The notes under the pieces are model-generated. The model saw only the letters and a program-made list of their open reading frames with translations. It ran no database searches and was not told where the DNA came from. The position numbers were made by a program, and so were the translations under genes. DNA of 64,000 nucleotides, taken from positions 85,153,613 through 85,217,612 of the forward strand of contig NC_068981.1 in the NCBI RefSeq assembly GCF_001194135.2, written 5' to 3'. Source of the stretch: Octopus bimaculoides (Eukaryota). How positions within the stretch are numbered: the stretch's first letter is position 1; every line of letters starts with the position of its first letter. Shown one piece after another: positions 10,659-23,399 of this stretch.

Positions 10659-12372
10659 ACAAGAGCACTCAGAGAGGGCAAACCTCCGCCAAGGCAGCAC
10701 CAACGTCCTGATTTTTTTTATTGCCCACAAGGGGCTAAACATAGATGGGACATTACAAAACAATACAGGACACATAATCGGGGAAATAAAAATACAGAAA
10801 GAAATCGAGTGAAGAAGAAAAATTAAAAAGAACGAGTGAAAATGATGAAATGAGGCGCAATGCCCACTCGACCACCTAAGTCGAGTGGTTACATTTAGAC
10901 ATTATTTTGAACAATTTTTTTCCTCTTTTTTAAAAAAAGTTCACATTTTTTTTTCAACTGTTTATGTTGAATTATGGGTGGTAGGGCATCAAACCACACC
11001 AGCCCGCCAAGTGAAATTATATACTTTCTATATGTTTTTATGAACGTGTCGTATCTATCCTCATTCAATAGTACACATTTTTGTTCTTCCTTGAAATCCT
11101 CCTTGGGCAGTTTCACCCTTATTAATCCTTTAAACTTGGAAATCCTCCTTTCCACATCTACATTCTTTTCGTTGTACACTATGAATGCCCAATTTTTAAA
11201 ACCGTGCTACACAGTCTGTTCTACTGATTCTCGCTCTTTTGGTACTGTTTCTATTGTCTGGATATGTTTGAATATAGGTGGTTCCTTAACTTCTTTGGGT
11301 GTCCTATCTGGTTCTGTTGCTGGTCTTTCAGAGTCTTCTCTTGTTTTCGCCCATTTCCTTTTTAGGGGGCTGACAAACCCGTCATTCCTTCGCCGCTTTC
11401 GTTCTATCTTTCTTCGACTCCACCTCTTCTGTATCCCTGGAGCGCTCCATATCACTTTTGCTATGTCCATATGTTATCGCTTGAATTGGTACTCCAATCT
11501 CCACTTCTATTTGGTCCCTCTCCACAGTCTTCTCACTCTGGGGAGGCTTGTGCTTGGGTCACTGCGTCTTCATGTGGCCCCTTGCTCCACATTCGTAATA
11601 ATTTCGTCGGTATCCCTCAACAAACACTTTGAGGGAACTCTCTCCCGGAATCTCCCGGAAAAGTTGCCGTTTTCATCAGGGGTCCCAAACATTCCTCCAC
11701 GTCTTATCCTTGAACGTTTTTTCTGGTGGGACCAGCTTTATTGCGTCTCCCTCTCTTTGCACAAACTGTTCACTTCTTATTATATCTTCCATATTTAATG
11801 TTATCTGTTTCGTGTTCAACGGCGTAGCTGCTCCTACTGCAATGGCCCTTGCATAGCTCTCCACCTTGAAAAACTAACTTTTCTGCCCCACAATGGAGAG
11901 AAAACAGCAATAAACAATCACGCGCGAGTCGCTTGACAATAATTGTCAACGGTGATATGAAACAATTTAAACAACGAAGTAACAACAGTCCAAAATCGTA
12001 GTCAAAAATGACGAAACTCAAACAAACAAGTTGTTAGTTTGTGACACCGACGTCCTCTCAACGATTAGCCGGAGATGATTTTTAAAATGAGAATATCTGA
12101 AATAAACTCGACTGCTCTCACAAACGAGAATACTAAAAGTGACCCCAACCGCACTCAAAAATTAAGTAAAAAGACTAGAAAAATAATCCAGAATCTTTGT
12201 CCGGTACGAGATCGATCCCTAGATCTACTCAGTTTGTGCCAGTCACGAGGCCAAATATCCCTGAATGTTTCATCCGAATCCATTCAACGGTTCTTGAGAT
12301 ATCTTGTCCACAGACAAACAAACAAACACGACTGAAAACAATACTTCCACCTTAGCGAAGGCGGAGGTAATA
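10659..12372 (+). mobile_element. HINE/DINE-like non-autonomous element (10659-10709 and 12045-12372) split by a retroelement
   Basis: Joined halves match the uninterrupted copy at 43619-43975. 5' cctccgccaaggc and a 3' hairpin ending aaggcggaggt. The Helentron-associated call is an inference from this structure. Confidence 0.7.
10710..12044 (-). mobile_element. ORF1-only Tx1-like element, 1.33 kb, with TSD
   Basis: TSD caccaacgtcct (10698-10709) / caccgacgtcct (12045-12056). Minus-strand ORFs 11864-11676 (MESYARAIA...IKLVPPEK), 11470-11207 and 11179-10895. 3' end gtcccatctatgtttagccccttgtgggcaataaaaaaaa. Confidence 0.8.
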
Positions 12373-12444
12373 AGGTAAAGTAAAATAAATATAAAATTAA
12401 ATTAAATAAAATAATCCTTTCCATTATGCCTAAAATTTTGCGTG

Positions 12445-12540
12445 ATAGGGCTAGTCGATTACATCAACCCCAATGCTCAACGGGTACTTGTTCTATCGAC
12501 CCCAAATGGATGAACTACTGAGTCGATCTCGGCGGTACTA
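12445..12540 (-). mobile_element. SINE B internal fragment
   Basis: agtcgattacatcaacccc...ggtact...atcgaccc...ggatgaa matches the reverse complement of the SINE B body. Confidence 0.6.
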
Positions 12541-12589
12541 AGTGTCGGTTCTAAGAGCCGACACTTAACTCATCTTCAGCAATAGCATT

Positions 12590-12805
12590 TTATACTGATT
12601 TTGTAGATTTTTGACACAGGGTTTGCATACATTGTGCAGGGCCCACGATTTATCCTGATCACCAACTTTAATCTTAAAGTAAGACAAGTAGGTTCTTTTC
12701 ACAAAGTCACCAATGTTCATTCATTGGCTTGGCACTGTGAAACACCCACATATATAACAAAAAGAGTCAGGGGAATTCAACATTTCCTTCGCAATGATGT
12801 CATGT
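12590..12805 (-). pseudogene. DNA-transposon protein N-terminal fragment (probably CMC/Chapaev-like)
   Basis: Minus strand reads NSPDSFCYICGCFTVPSQ*MNIGDFVKRTYLSYFKIKVGDQDKSWALHNVCKPC. The CYICG...GDQDKSWA motif is recalled from a widespread transposase family; the superfamily is uncertain. Confidence 0.55.
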
Positions 12806-13714
12806 TACTGAACCCCTACGTTATTTCATGAAATAATTGTGAAAAAGAAAATAATAAAGAACATATCTATATATCAAGGCTTGTCTAGATAGATGTCTAA
12901 ATACATAGATAAAATATAAATTGAACAGAAATGTTTAACTATGATATCTTTTGTACATTTGTTGGTAGTAAGCAGAGATTAACAACGCAGATTAAGGCGA
13001 CTGAGCTTTCGAGCACACATTTGTTAGGAAATACACCACACTTCTACCCAGGTACATATATCAGGCTGAGAGAGCGTCATAACCTTACTCACTGAATGTT
13101 GAACTGACACTCGACTCTTACTGCTAACGTACCCCACGAAAAACACATCGAGAAATTTCTGAAACATGGAGCTACGGGTGGGGCCAATATGGACCAGCCC
13201 ATAGAAAAAACTCAACGTGATATAAAAAAAAAGACTATTGCCATTTTAAAACTCATTGACCTCCAGATTACCCAAAATCAGATCTCAAACTTGGGTCAGC
13301 AGAAAAAAAGTTAGAATTTTTTGGCCAGTGTTATCCATACACCCAGCTCAGGCTTGTCTTGTACAGAAGTCATTTCATTGTTATTGTGTAAAGTTACAGT
13401 AACAATACAGGAGATTTTTGCCTCTTCCGTGCTGGCTGCAGATCAAATTCTGACTGACCGTTTGTGCACAACTCTTTCGCCTCGCGAGACAGACGGACAT
13501 CAATGAAAAATTACATTTATACTTTACGACTTCAAAATTTCTTTTTGCGTTTTCTACAGTTTACGTTTTACTCTTCTGTACTGACAATAATATTGGTGTG
13601 ATTTGGAATAGAATTTGATTTGAATTTCCGTGATTAAGAAATTGAAAATATATTTATTAGGCGCATACATGGCTATATAGTAAAGAAGCCCGTTTTGAAC
13701 CCATGTTGTTTTGG

Positions 13715-13982
13715 GTCTTGGGCAGGCGACTTCTACTACAGCCTTGGGCCGACTGACACTTTGCGAGTGGATTTGATAGATCGAAACTTCGGAAGCCTTG
13801 TGGAAGCACGTTGCACGTGTGTGTGTCCACCAACATTAGACAACTGGTGCTGGTTTGTTTACGTCTCTGTAAGCTGTTCAGCAAAAGAGACTGCTAGAAT
13901 AAGTAGCAGACTTAAAATAAGTACTGGGCGGGATTCATTCGACTAAACCCTTCAAAGTGGTGCCCCAGTATGGCCGCTGAAA
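13715..13982 (+). mobile_element. SINE A, diverged and 5'-truncated
   Basis: cttgggcagg...ctacagccttgggccgac...gagtggatttg...aagtactggg...ggtgccccagtatggccgc. Confidence 0.75.
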
Positions 13983-14599
13983 CACCTAATAGTTAAAGAT
14001 TCGCTAGATGCTATTCTACTCATTATTTCATTGATTCTTTTCTTTATAAATACCAAATATTTCCGCAGAACATCAACACCATCATCATCGTCAACATAAA
14101 CATCGTCATCAGTATTCCCACAACGTGGTTAATTATTCACAACTTAAACAGTGATCTGTCACTTCTTCATGACAGTAAATCAGCTCCTACTTTAACTTAA
14201 TTGGGCAGCAGAGATAATTATTGCAATTATGAACTAATAGAGCTCTAACCAACCTATAATTTTTCAAACCGGTCAGTCTAGAAGAATCTAGAAAGATTAT
14301 AGATATCGTTGCTTTCCTTCAGACTAACGAGGATCGCTGACGGTAACTTTTGAACGCTTACAATTGGTATTTACTTCTGATTCAACGTTACGGTGTTAAG
14401 GATCTCCTCCATCTCTTAGACAAATTCACTCGTCTTAGTCGTTAATGAACACCAGTAAGTTCGATAACCATATTTTATATGCTAATACAATAAAATATGG
14501 AAGATTACTATTTCGTACATTTTCTTTTATAGAAAGTTACCCAATGTAACACCAACCAAGTATATATGAGTTACAATTGATTGGTATTAAAATATCTTT

Positions 14600-15012
14600 T
14601 ATCTTTTACATGTTTCAATCATTGGGCTGTGACCATTCCTTGAAGGGTTTAATCGAGCAAGTTGATCCCGTTATTTATATTTTCTGGGGGGTTTTTTTTA
14701 GCCTGGTATTTGTTCTATATGTGCCTTCTGCCGAACTGCTAGGTTACAGGTAGGTAAACAAGCCAATGCCGCTCTCGAGCGGTGGTGGTAGACAAATACA
14801 AAGTCACACACACGCGCGCGTGCGTGAGTGTGTGTGCGCGCACGCGTGTGTGACGGACTTCTTCCATTTTCCGTCTACCAAATCCACACACAAGGCTTTG
14901 ATCGCTTCAGTGCAACAGTAGAAGACGCTTGCCCAAGATACCGCGCAGTGGGGCTGAACCCAAGGCCACATGGTTTAGAAACAGGGTTCTCAACCATACA
15001 ACCACGCCTGCG
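14600..15012 (-). mobile_element. SINE A, diverged
   Basis: Reverse complement of the SINE A head (ataggcgcaggcgtggttgtatggtt...gggttcagccccactgcg), internal CA/CG repeat and 3' half. Confidence 0.8.
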
Positions 15013-16206
15013 CCTATATCCACTAAATATATGAGTATATTCGGATATGAATATTTAGTGGAAACATTTTGTTCAAGTTGTGATGGTTGAGGCACGGAAA
15101 CTAACAACGTGACAAAAAAAAAAAGAAAATGAATTAAAACTGGACGAAATATTTGCTCTCATGTGCAACATGAACATGTGAATTAAAAGTCATGTCATTC
15201 TCTTTGTGGAGGTAACGGGAGTAGAATTTTGTTTTGTGACATTTTTATCTCTTCCATAAGACAAAGATAGGCTTACAACAGTTATGTGAGTACAGGATGG
15301 TATTTATAAAACCTTATTGAAATGACAGAAGCATTAAAGTTTAATTTTGGTTCTAATTTGTTCTCTAAGCACAAATTTTAATTGCACACAGTAGTATCAT
15401 TGGGTTTATTGACCGTTTTGTTTTCATTTTTTTTTGGTGGGGGGGGGGGTTGTTTGTTTGTTTCTTTTTATTATCTGGTAGATGCTATATTTGTAAGACT
15501 AGCACGCTGCGAGAAATAAAAAATATACCAAGAAGAAAATCAGGTTTGGATGGGATTGGAGTCTTTTAGTCAGGTGAAATCTGAGACACTAGACAAAATC
15601 ACCGACCTAATAGAGATTCTAGAAGGGTAGCAACTGAATGTGGTAGTAGAAAGCCTGGATGCTACAACTGTAGAAACATTAATCACTTCAAGGCCATAGC
15701 TTTCTACCTCGACAACAGAAAATGACAGCTGAAAGAAGGCTTTTGCCAACACCACAACTTCAGCACTTCCAATAACAGCAGTAACCCCAAGGCAGTAACT
15801 ACAACAACACCAAAAGCAACAACAAAACAAAATTTACTCACATGAGCGACCACACTACCAACAACATTGGTATGTGAAGACATCCCTTCCCCCTAAAGAA
15901 ACAATTATTAAACAAAAAGGCAATGACCCTAAAACATGCCCCTCTCCGCTAGTGTTCGCACAAATCTGTCGTCTGGTGACAAAAGAAAAAGAAACAAAAA
16001 AACACAACACGTAAAACTGACAGATACGAACAACTGTAGGAGATAACTTTGTGCAACAAGCATCAGCACATCCCACAACAGCAGTTATGCCAGTCCTATG
16101 GACACCACTATCCTCGACACCACCACTATCACAGACACTATTGTTATAAGGATAACCTAATTCTCCCACAACAGTTAGATGGCACACTCCAAAAGTAATA
16201 CTGATT

Positions 16207-16408
16207 TCAAATTTTGACACAAGGCCAGCAATTTCGGGGAGATGGTAAGTCGATTACATAGACTCCATAGCTCATCTATTACTTCTTTTATCGATTCCGA
16301 AAGGATTGAGGGCGAAGTCGACCTCGGCGGAATTTGAACTCAGAACGTGAAGACGGACGAAATACAGCTAAGCATTTCCCCCGGTGTGCTAACGATTCTG
16401 CCAGCACA
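16207..16408 (-). mobile_element. SINE B
   Basis: gtcgacctcggcggaatttgaactcagaacg...ctaagcatttc...gctaacgattctgccagc. Confidence 0.85.
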
Positions 16409-17484
16409 TTAACCAAGGACATTTTAGTACGCATAAAATTTATCCAGATATCACAATACACATATACCATCTTAAAACTTAAATACTCCGATGGTGTAAG
16501 AGACCAGCGAGATTGTTATTAAAATATTATGCTAAGATGTGCTAGAAGAAACACCGACAGCAAGTCAGTGAAACGAAACACCAGCCGCTCTATAGGAATA
16601 AGGTAAACACGCTATCCTCTCTCTTCTCAGTCATGGCGGTACTCAGAACAGATGGTCTGAATACACGTAAACTCGAGTCACATTGGAAGCAAGACTCGCT
16701 GGTCAACGTCCTCAGGTCATAAAGTATAGCTGTGTTAGCCAACAGCGAAACCAGAGTCTCCGATCCTCAAGCCTTCATCCCAATTTTCCATGGGTAACAG
16801 ATCTATTTATTTCGAAGTTGACCGGGACTGAAAGGCAGAGATGATGTGTTGTTTTGAAAGTGTCTAGATTTATTGATACGGACAGAGGAAGTAATCTTCT
16901 TGGACATAGGAAGTAATTTGATGGTCCTGGATGTAAACAGTGGTGAAGGTGGGTAGTTTCGGACATGTAGTTGTTTATGCTTCAACGCGAAGTGACACCC
17001 GGAATTCCTCAGGTGTCTAGAGATTTATTTCCTCAGAACAACGCGCTCTTTACTGCTATTGGGGGGAGGGGCGTATTATATGCACATCTAGATTTTATGG
17101 GAATGAGTGATAGGAGAAGGGGTGCGAAAGTCTCACAAGCATGCTCAGATGTCTTCAACTATCTGATAGGTACCGATTGGATTTCCAGAATGTACCTGCA
17201 ATGGTTAATCCAGACAAACTGCAATGGTTAATCGAGATCACATCTGTAGGCCAGTAGCATATGTTGTGCACATTTTAAAATCGTCGGATACACCGACCGC
17301 TGATTTGTGATCTGCGCAGTCGACTTAGATGTGCTTTGGTAGGAAGAGACGCTGCTGCTAGAATGCTTTGTCTTTTCTCCGATGAGAAAACTTCGATCAG
17401 GACCAAAAGGTAAACCAAAAGAACAGTAGATGGTTATGCAGAGACCCAAATAAGGTTCCAACAATCACTCATTCTAAGTTCCCA

Positions 17485-18067
17485 ACAACTGTGAGGATTC
17501 TCTGAGTCATCAGAAGCGAGAGAGATATCATGCCTCCTCATTCTTTTTCACAGGACTAAAGAGTTGATGCTGCTGTCTACACAGCACTGCTGGAGAAAGT
17601 TGTGAGGCCGTCGATAGACAGAGTATGCAAGGAAAGATGATACGTCTTCCAACAAGACTCTGCGCCGTCTCATGTGGCTCCGACAACCCAAGTGTGAACA
17701 CGTAACAATGCCCAAGATCATGTTTCCAGTCACGTAGCTTCCGATCTCACCAGGCAATCTACTAGACTATTACATATGGAGCGTAGTCGAGAGAGAAGTC
17801 AATCAACACCGCTATAACACCATACAATCCCTCTAGTCCTGTATAACCAACACCGTGTCCAAAATTGATAGACATAATCTGATTCGGGCATGTCAACGCT
17901 TCCGACCCCGTGTTGAAGCAGTCATTGAAGCTAACTGTGGATTCATTGAATAGGATTCTCCAAATTATTTGTACTGCTTCGTTTTCAAATACAGCTTTTC
18001 TTTAATAAGCTATGTTCCTTTCTCTAAATTCATGCAAATGACCCCAAAGAAAACTGATGCACCCTGT
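17485..18067 (+). mobile_element. Tc1/mariner (maT/DD37D-like) transposase 3' remnant with right end
   Basis: DIMPPH..., YVFQQDSAPSH, a PD..PLDYYIW-like segment, RACQRFRPRVEAVIEANCGFIE*; terminus gatgcaccctg followed by TA. Confidence 0.75.
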
Positions 18068-18456
18068 AAAGTAAACACTTAGTAAGATGACTGTAAGCTG
18101 AATGTGCTGATGTCCTTGAAAAACTCTCTGATTTTCAAAGTTGTAAAAAATGTTTTAACGCATAATATCTTTGGCTATTCTTTTATTCTTTTACTTGTTT
18201 TAATTATTGGGCCGAGGTTATCTTGGGCCGGCCACCAACTGAAAAAAAATCACTCAGTAGTAGTTATCTTAGGTCTGGTACTTATTCTAGAGGTCTCTCT
18301 TTGACGAAGCACTAAACTATGAGGATGTAAACAAACCAACACCGGTTCCCAAGCAGGACTGGGACAAATACAGAGACTTACAACTACGCACACATGCACA
18401 CACATACATATATGTACCTCCACACACATATATATAAAAACACGCGTGCGTGCGCA

Positions 18457-18545
<89 letters not shown>

Positions 18546-18793
18546 TAATACATATACAAATACATAAACAAATATTTTTTCTAGCTCTTATTTTCCAATC
18601 GACAGGACAGATATTTTTGTGCGCGTAGACAAACCCGAAAACTAGGTTCTTTTCGAACCAAACCTGTAAACTAAATTAGTCGTAAGCTTAAATTTCCTCA
18701 CCTCCTTACCTAACTTGCAGTATCAAGACATTGTTGAAATATGAGATTATTTAGAAAATTGTAAATTATATAATTATAACCACTCCTTATTGC

Positions 18794-19059
18794 GTGGAGG
18801 CGCGTGGCTTAGTGGTTAGGGTGTCAGTATCATGATCCTAAGATTGTGGTTTCGATTCCTGGACCAGGCGACGCGTTGTGTTTTTCAGCAAAACACTTTA
18901 GTGTTGTGGACTCCAGTCCACTCAGCTGGCAAACATGAGTAACGCTGCGATGGACTGGCGTCCCGTCCAGCTGGGGGAAAAAAACGCCATTGAAACCGGG
19001 AAACCGAGCCTATGATCCTGGCTAGGCTTTAAAAGAGCGCATTTATTTTTTTTTATTTT
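18794..19059 (+). mobile_element. SINE D, full length, with 12-bp TSD
   Basis: A box gtggcttagtggttagg, B box ggtttcgattcc. TSD actccttattgc at 18782-18793 and 19060-19071. Central gcgatggactggcgtcccgtccag resembles a V-type SINE domain (recalled, unverified). Confidence 0.9.
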
Positions 19060-20163
19060 ACTCCTTATTGCAGATTGCTTGATATATACAGTGAGAACAA
19101 AGAACTAGTCTACGTAATTCAATGCACGTACTATAGTGTTATATATTTACAGATTACTCTTAGAATCTCATTTGTGTTAACGTTCATTCATAGTGCTTTA
19201 CACGTGTGTCATTGTTTTTATCTTTATATTTTTATTCTGTACTGATTTCTAACTGTTTACTGTACTCGACCAAATATTATTTCAACAATTACTTTCAGTT
19301 TAAGAAAATCGAGGTGAACTATCTTGCTTTTGCTATGCTACATAGGAATGTAAAATGTCATTGCGAATAAGTTCGAGTCACGTACCAGTGCAACTGAAAA
19401 ATCAAATGATGCTCCATATCCAGTATATCAGGTAGGAGCACAAAGCAAGCTCCAGGTGAGCCAAATCTGTTGATCAATTTACGTTCTCAATCCTGGTTAC
19501 GGTCTTCCGTCGTTAAAATCACAGAAAACATAGAATAAATTTGCACTTTTACTTTCTCCTAAAACCATATGCGCTCAAGATCTTTGGTGATTAAAATTAA
19601 TAGTGTTGCTGTTCAAGGACTAAACTCTGGCGTCAAGATGATTCCAGAATTATTAGGAAATGTTTATGTTGGTTTGGGGAAGGTATATATTAAAGAATAA
19701 AAGAAGTTGCTCAGTTAGGTAGGCCTGCGCGCAAGTAGCATGCAGATTCCAAGAGTACCAACAGACGAGGTTCATTGTGTCTCGGTACCGTTGAAAGTAG
19801 TTTGCTTTGGCTCTTATACATGCTTTGAAGAATGGTTTTGAGTTTTGACATATGTAGAACGAAATGTCAATAATACATGCAGATATCGGAAGGTTAAAAA
19901 GGAAGTGCGTACGTGTGGGTGCGATATAACAAAGACTAAAGTATATGTCTGTTAATAGGATAGGAGTCGTAGAATTGCTTTTATGCACGTTTCTATAGGA
20001 AGGTCTGACAGGAAATCTTTGGTCTAAGAGATAAGAAACAAATATCTTTGAGTATAAAATATGTATTTGCGCAAGCATTTCCACAGCGTCATAGAAAGAA
20101 CTTTGACGACATTTGCTTAGTGGACAATAATTGTTTTTTTTAATTTTAAATCATATTAGGCAA

Positions 20164-20547
20164 GATGTGGAGGCGCAATGGCTCAGTGGTTAGGGCAGGG
20201 GACTCGCGGTCATAGGATCGCGGTTTCGATTCCCAGACCGGGTGTTGTGAATGTTTATTGAGCGAAAACACCTAAAGTTCAACGAGGCTCCGGCAGGGGA
20301 TGGTGGCGAACCCTGCTGTACTCTTTCACCACAACTTTCTCTCACTCTTTCCTCCTGTTTCTGTTGTGCCTGTATTTCAAAGGGCCAGCCTTGTCACACT
20401 CTATCACGCTGAATATCCCCGAGAACTACGTTAAGGGTACACGTGTCTGTGGCGTGCTCAGCCACTTGCACGTTAATTTCACGAGCAGGCTGTTCCGTTA
20501 ATCGGATCAACAGGAACCCTCGACGTAGTAAGCGACGGAGTGCCAAC
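20164..20547 (+). mobile_element. SINE E, full length, with 9-bp TSD
   Basis: tggctcagtggttaggg...ggtttcgattcc head, ends gacggagtgccaac. TSD attaggcaa at 20155-20163 and 20548-20556. Confidence 0.9.
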
Positions 20548-21964
20548 ATTAGGCAACATATTTTGTGAGGTTACACTTGTGTATTATATATTTTTCTATA
20601 AGTTTTCAATGTTTAAGTAGTCTGTCGGAATTGATTGCTCAGGTGTTTGGTTTTTACATTTAATGCTACGTTAATTATTGGAATAATCTTATTGAATTAT
20701 ATAAAACTCTCATGTTACAATATAGTTCTCATGTACTTAGATGACATGTTTAATCATTCAATAAGTTGAATAATAATGATCATCGTCTGTAATTTCAAAA
20801 AATGAATTGTTCACTCATGCCTATCTAAAATATATTTGATATTATACAAACATTAAAAATTCATGGAGATTTGGCAGAAACTTTACGTTCTGAGTTCAAA
20901 TACTATTCGTGTCAAATTTGTCTTTTATTCAGTCAGGTTTGATTAAATTAGTAATATTAAAATTCTAAGGTTCACTAAATCACTACACCTATCCTCTATA
21001 ATTTCTAACCCTTGTATGGAGTCTTGATACGTTTGTTCACTAAATAAATAGTATTTTATTATCGTCTGGCCAAATAAATGAAGAAACTTTTGATATCAGA
21101 AATACGCTCATATGCACAAAGAAGAAAGTAAGCTCCCAACCAGGAAGTTCCTACGCTTTGTCTGCTAGAAATAGTGGCTAAATCTACCCCAAATCGCAAC
21201 CAAGCATCTTGAAAAGATACTAAGACTTGATAATATAGTCCTAGATACAGTCTCCGACAATGAGATTTTTAGGATTTTATTTTTGCTGCTATTTCTAGGA
21301 GGACAAATGACCTCTTTGGGTTGTCTATTGTATCAGGCTGCAGTCTCAGATAATCAGATAATATATTTGTGTAACCTACCTACAACAATTACTATTTGTA
21401 GACCTTTTGGTTTGTATTACATAACATTAAATTTCACTAACAAGCAGGGATTTTCCTTGATATTAATCTCTAGTTTTTCAACTTGCTAATATATCTGAGT
21501 GTTAATTTTTGTTTTCTTGATAATCCATTGCTTTCTTTTAATTCGAAGCAAAGCGGTATGATATCGGAAACGGTCGGCAGTATGTGGGTAGAGAGTGAAC
21601 GATATTATGTGGGTAGAGTGCGGTCGGAGTCGTGGTTATTCGCGTAATGAAATTCTTCAAGCTAGTTCTCCATTATCCACTTAATTTTGGTCATCTTGTC
21701 TGCTGTGGTGGTCTTCGTTGTCTAGTTGATCACTTACAAGGACAACAATGAGGATAAGAGATACCCTTCTCGGATTCCGGTTCCCACAGTGAAATCCCTT
21801 GCCAATCTTCTCATCCGACTAAAAGATGAAAGAAAAAAGGCGACAATACTTTGATCTGTCCGTATTATTGAATCTGGTTATACCCGCTGGTGTCACTCTC
21901 AGGGTCATAGAAGCACAAAAGAGCTCCACCGCCATAGCAAGATATCAGTCCATGAAAGGTAAAG

Positions 21965-22407
21965 TTGAGTAGGTTGTAATATTTTGCTGTGCCGCTCTAT
22001 TATCATCTTCAACTTCTGCTAAAATCTACCTAATATTCCATTTAAAAAAATGAGTGCCCTGTTAATTTAATCGATGCCCATTTATGTAAGTTGTCTCTTC
22101 TTCGGAACAACTTACAAAAACTGAGAAAATGCTTTAGCTGTCAAGAGCTAAGTTCTGTTTACCTAATTCTCTGTTCATCTTTTTTACCGCCATTATCAAT
22201 TCTTCCTCCGAAGAGGACAACTCAGTACGTACCACTAAGGTCCGAGTAATACATGTTACTTTTTGCCATTATCCTGGCTAACCCTCCTTAAAGCGGAGAG
22301 AAAACACCACCGGAAAAACCGCTGCAAAGCAGCACAAAAACAATTTATAAAGTGTTAAAAAACATTGACACAAAATTACCACTATAAAAACAACCAACTA
22401 TACAATA
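21965..22407 (-). mobile_element. 5' part of a degenerate Tx1-like element (5' UTR and ORF1 start)
   Basis: T-rich leader, then atggcaaaaagtaac (ATG at 22269) and ...ITRTLVVRT...FSVFVSCSEEE, weakly similar to MAKKGN...KRTVVLRT...VWLQFDSPEE at 38898. Confidence 0.5.
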
Positions 22408-22440
22408 CGGCGGCTAACGTTTTCTCGAGCTCGCCGCCTT
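22408..22440 (-). mobile_element. SINE B head only
   Basis: Minus strand aaggcggcgagctcgagaaaacgttagccgccg, then an abrupt switch to unrelated sequence. Confidence 0.65.
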
Positions 22441-23399
22441 TCCAATAGAGTTAATATTAGGTCAACAACGTAGATGAATGGGTAGCAAAAACGGCAAATC
22501 AGTATATTGCATGTTTTTGTTTTTTTTGTTTTTTTTTGTTTGTTTTTTTGTTTTTTCAGTATTTATTTTTGTCTCACCATGACGAGAGTTCAACCCTCGC
22601 GTCCGAAGTGAACTATTATTCTCAGTCTATCAAGTGCTTGTATCAAAAAATATGCGTCTCTCTAATGTAACCCGAGAAGGTTTCCGCTGTCTCTGCAATA
22701 GAGAAAACGGGGGTTTAAGATTTCTAGAAGGATGATTTTGCAACAGTACAGTTACAGAGATGGAGCAATTTGGCATAGGGTTTAGTAGAGAGCGGGGCTG
22801 GAATCAACTTGGAAGTGAATGGGATAAGATTGTAGATTCAATAATTTAATTTAGCTTAAATTGCTTCCATAGTAATCAATTTTAAAGATTGTAATCAAGC
22901 CAAAATAACAAAAGTAACATGAAATTGTATAAATATAGAGTTCTTAGAGTTCTTTCCTCATGAGGCAAATGTGTAAGGAATAAAGTATTGTATATGGTGC
23001 TTAATTTTCCACTAATAACACATGAGCCGTCTACACACGATTCACAGAAAATAAATTCGGAAGTCGCCTACAACAGCACCTAGACATGAGACTACCCGAA
23101 AAACCTGGAGAATACCACAGAAATTTCTAAATACTTTAGAGCATCAATAAATAAAAAAGATTTTCAGTATTACATGATTATTAAGAGAGAAAGCACCAGC
23201 GTTTGGGAATGGTTCTTAGTAATGTGATTTCTGTCTAGGAATTTAACTACCAAATCGCTACCAAAACGAAAGAAATGAATGTATTTTAATCTGCTAGCAC
23301 ATTCATCTTTGTGAATTTTAAAGCAGACCTTCCTTACTCATAACACCAAAATAATGCAATTTATCCCAAGTCGCAGTTATCAGTTATATCGTCTCAGTT

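Noticed and set aside
10974-11798. 274-aa plus-strand ORF, the longest in the track
   Set aside because: It is the antisense shadow of the purine-rich minus-strand ORF1. It is S/L/F-rich with no motif.
15570-16200. Possible decayed ORF1-like, A/C-rich coding sequence
   Set aside because: Many stops and no diagnostic motif.
16790-17460. Possible LINE endonuclease remnant on the minus strand
   Set aside because: Only vague motif similarity (FTTVYI), insufficient without an HMM search.
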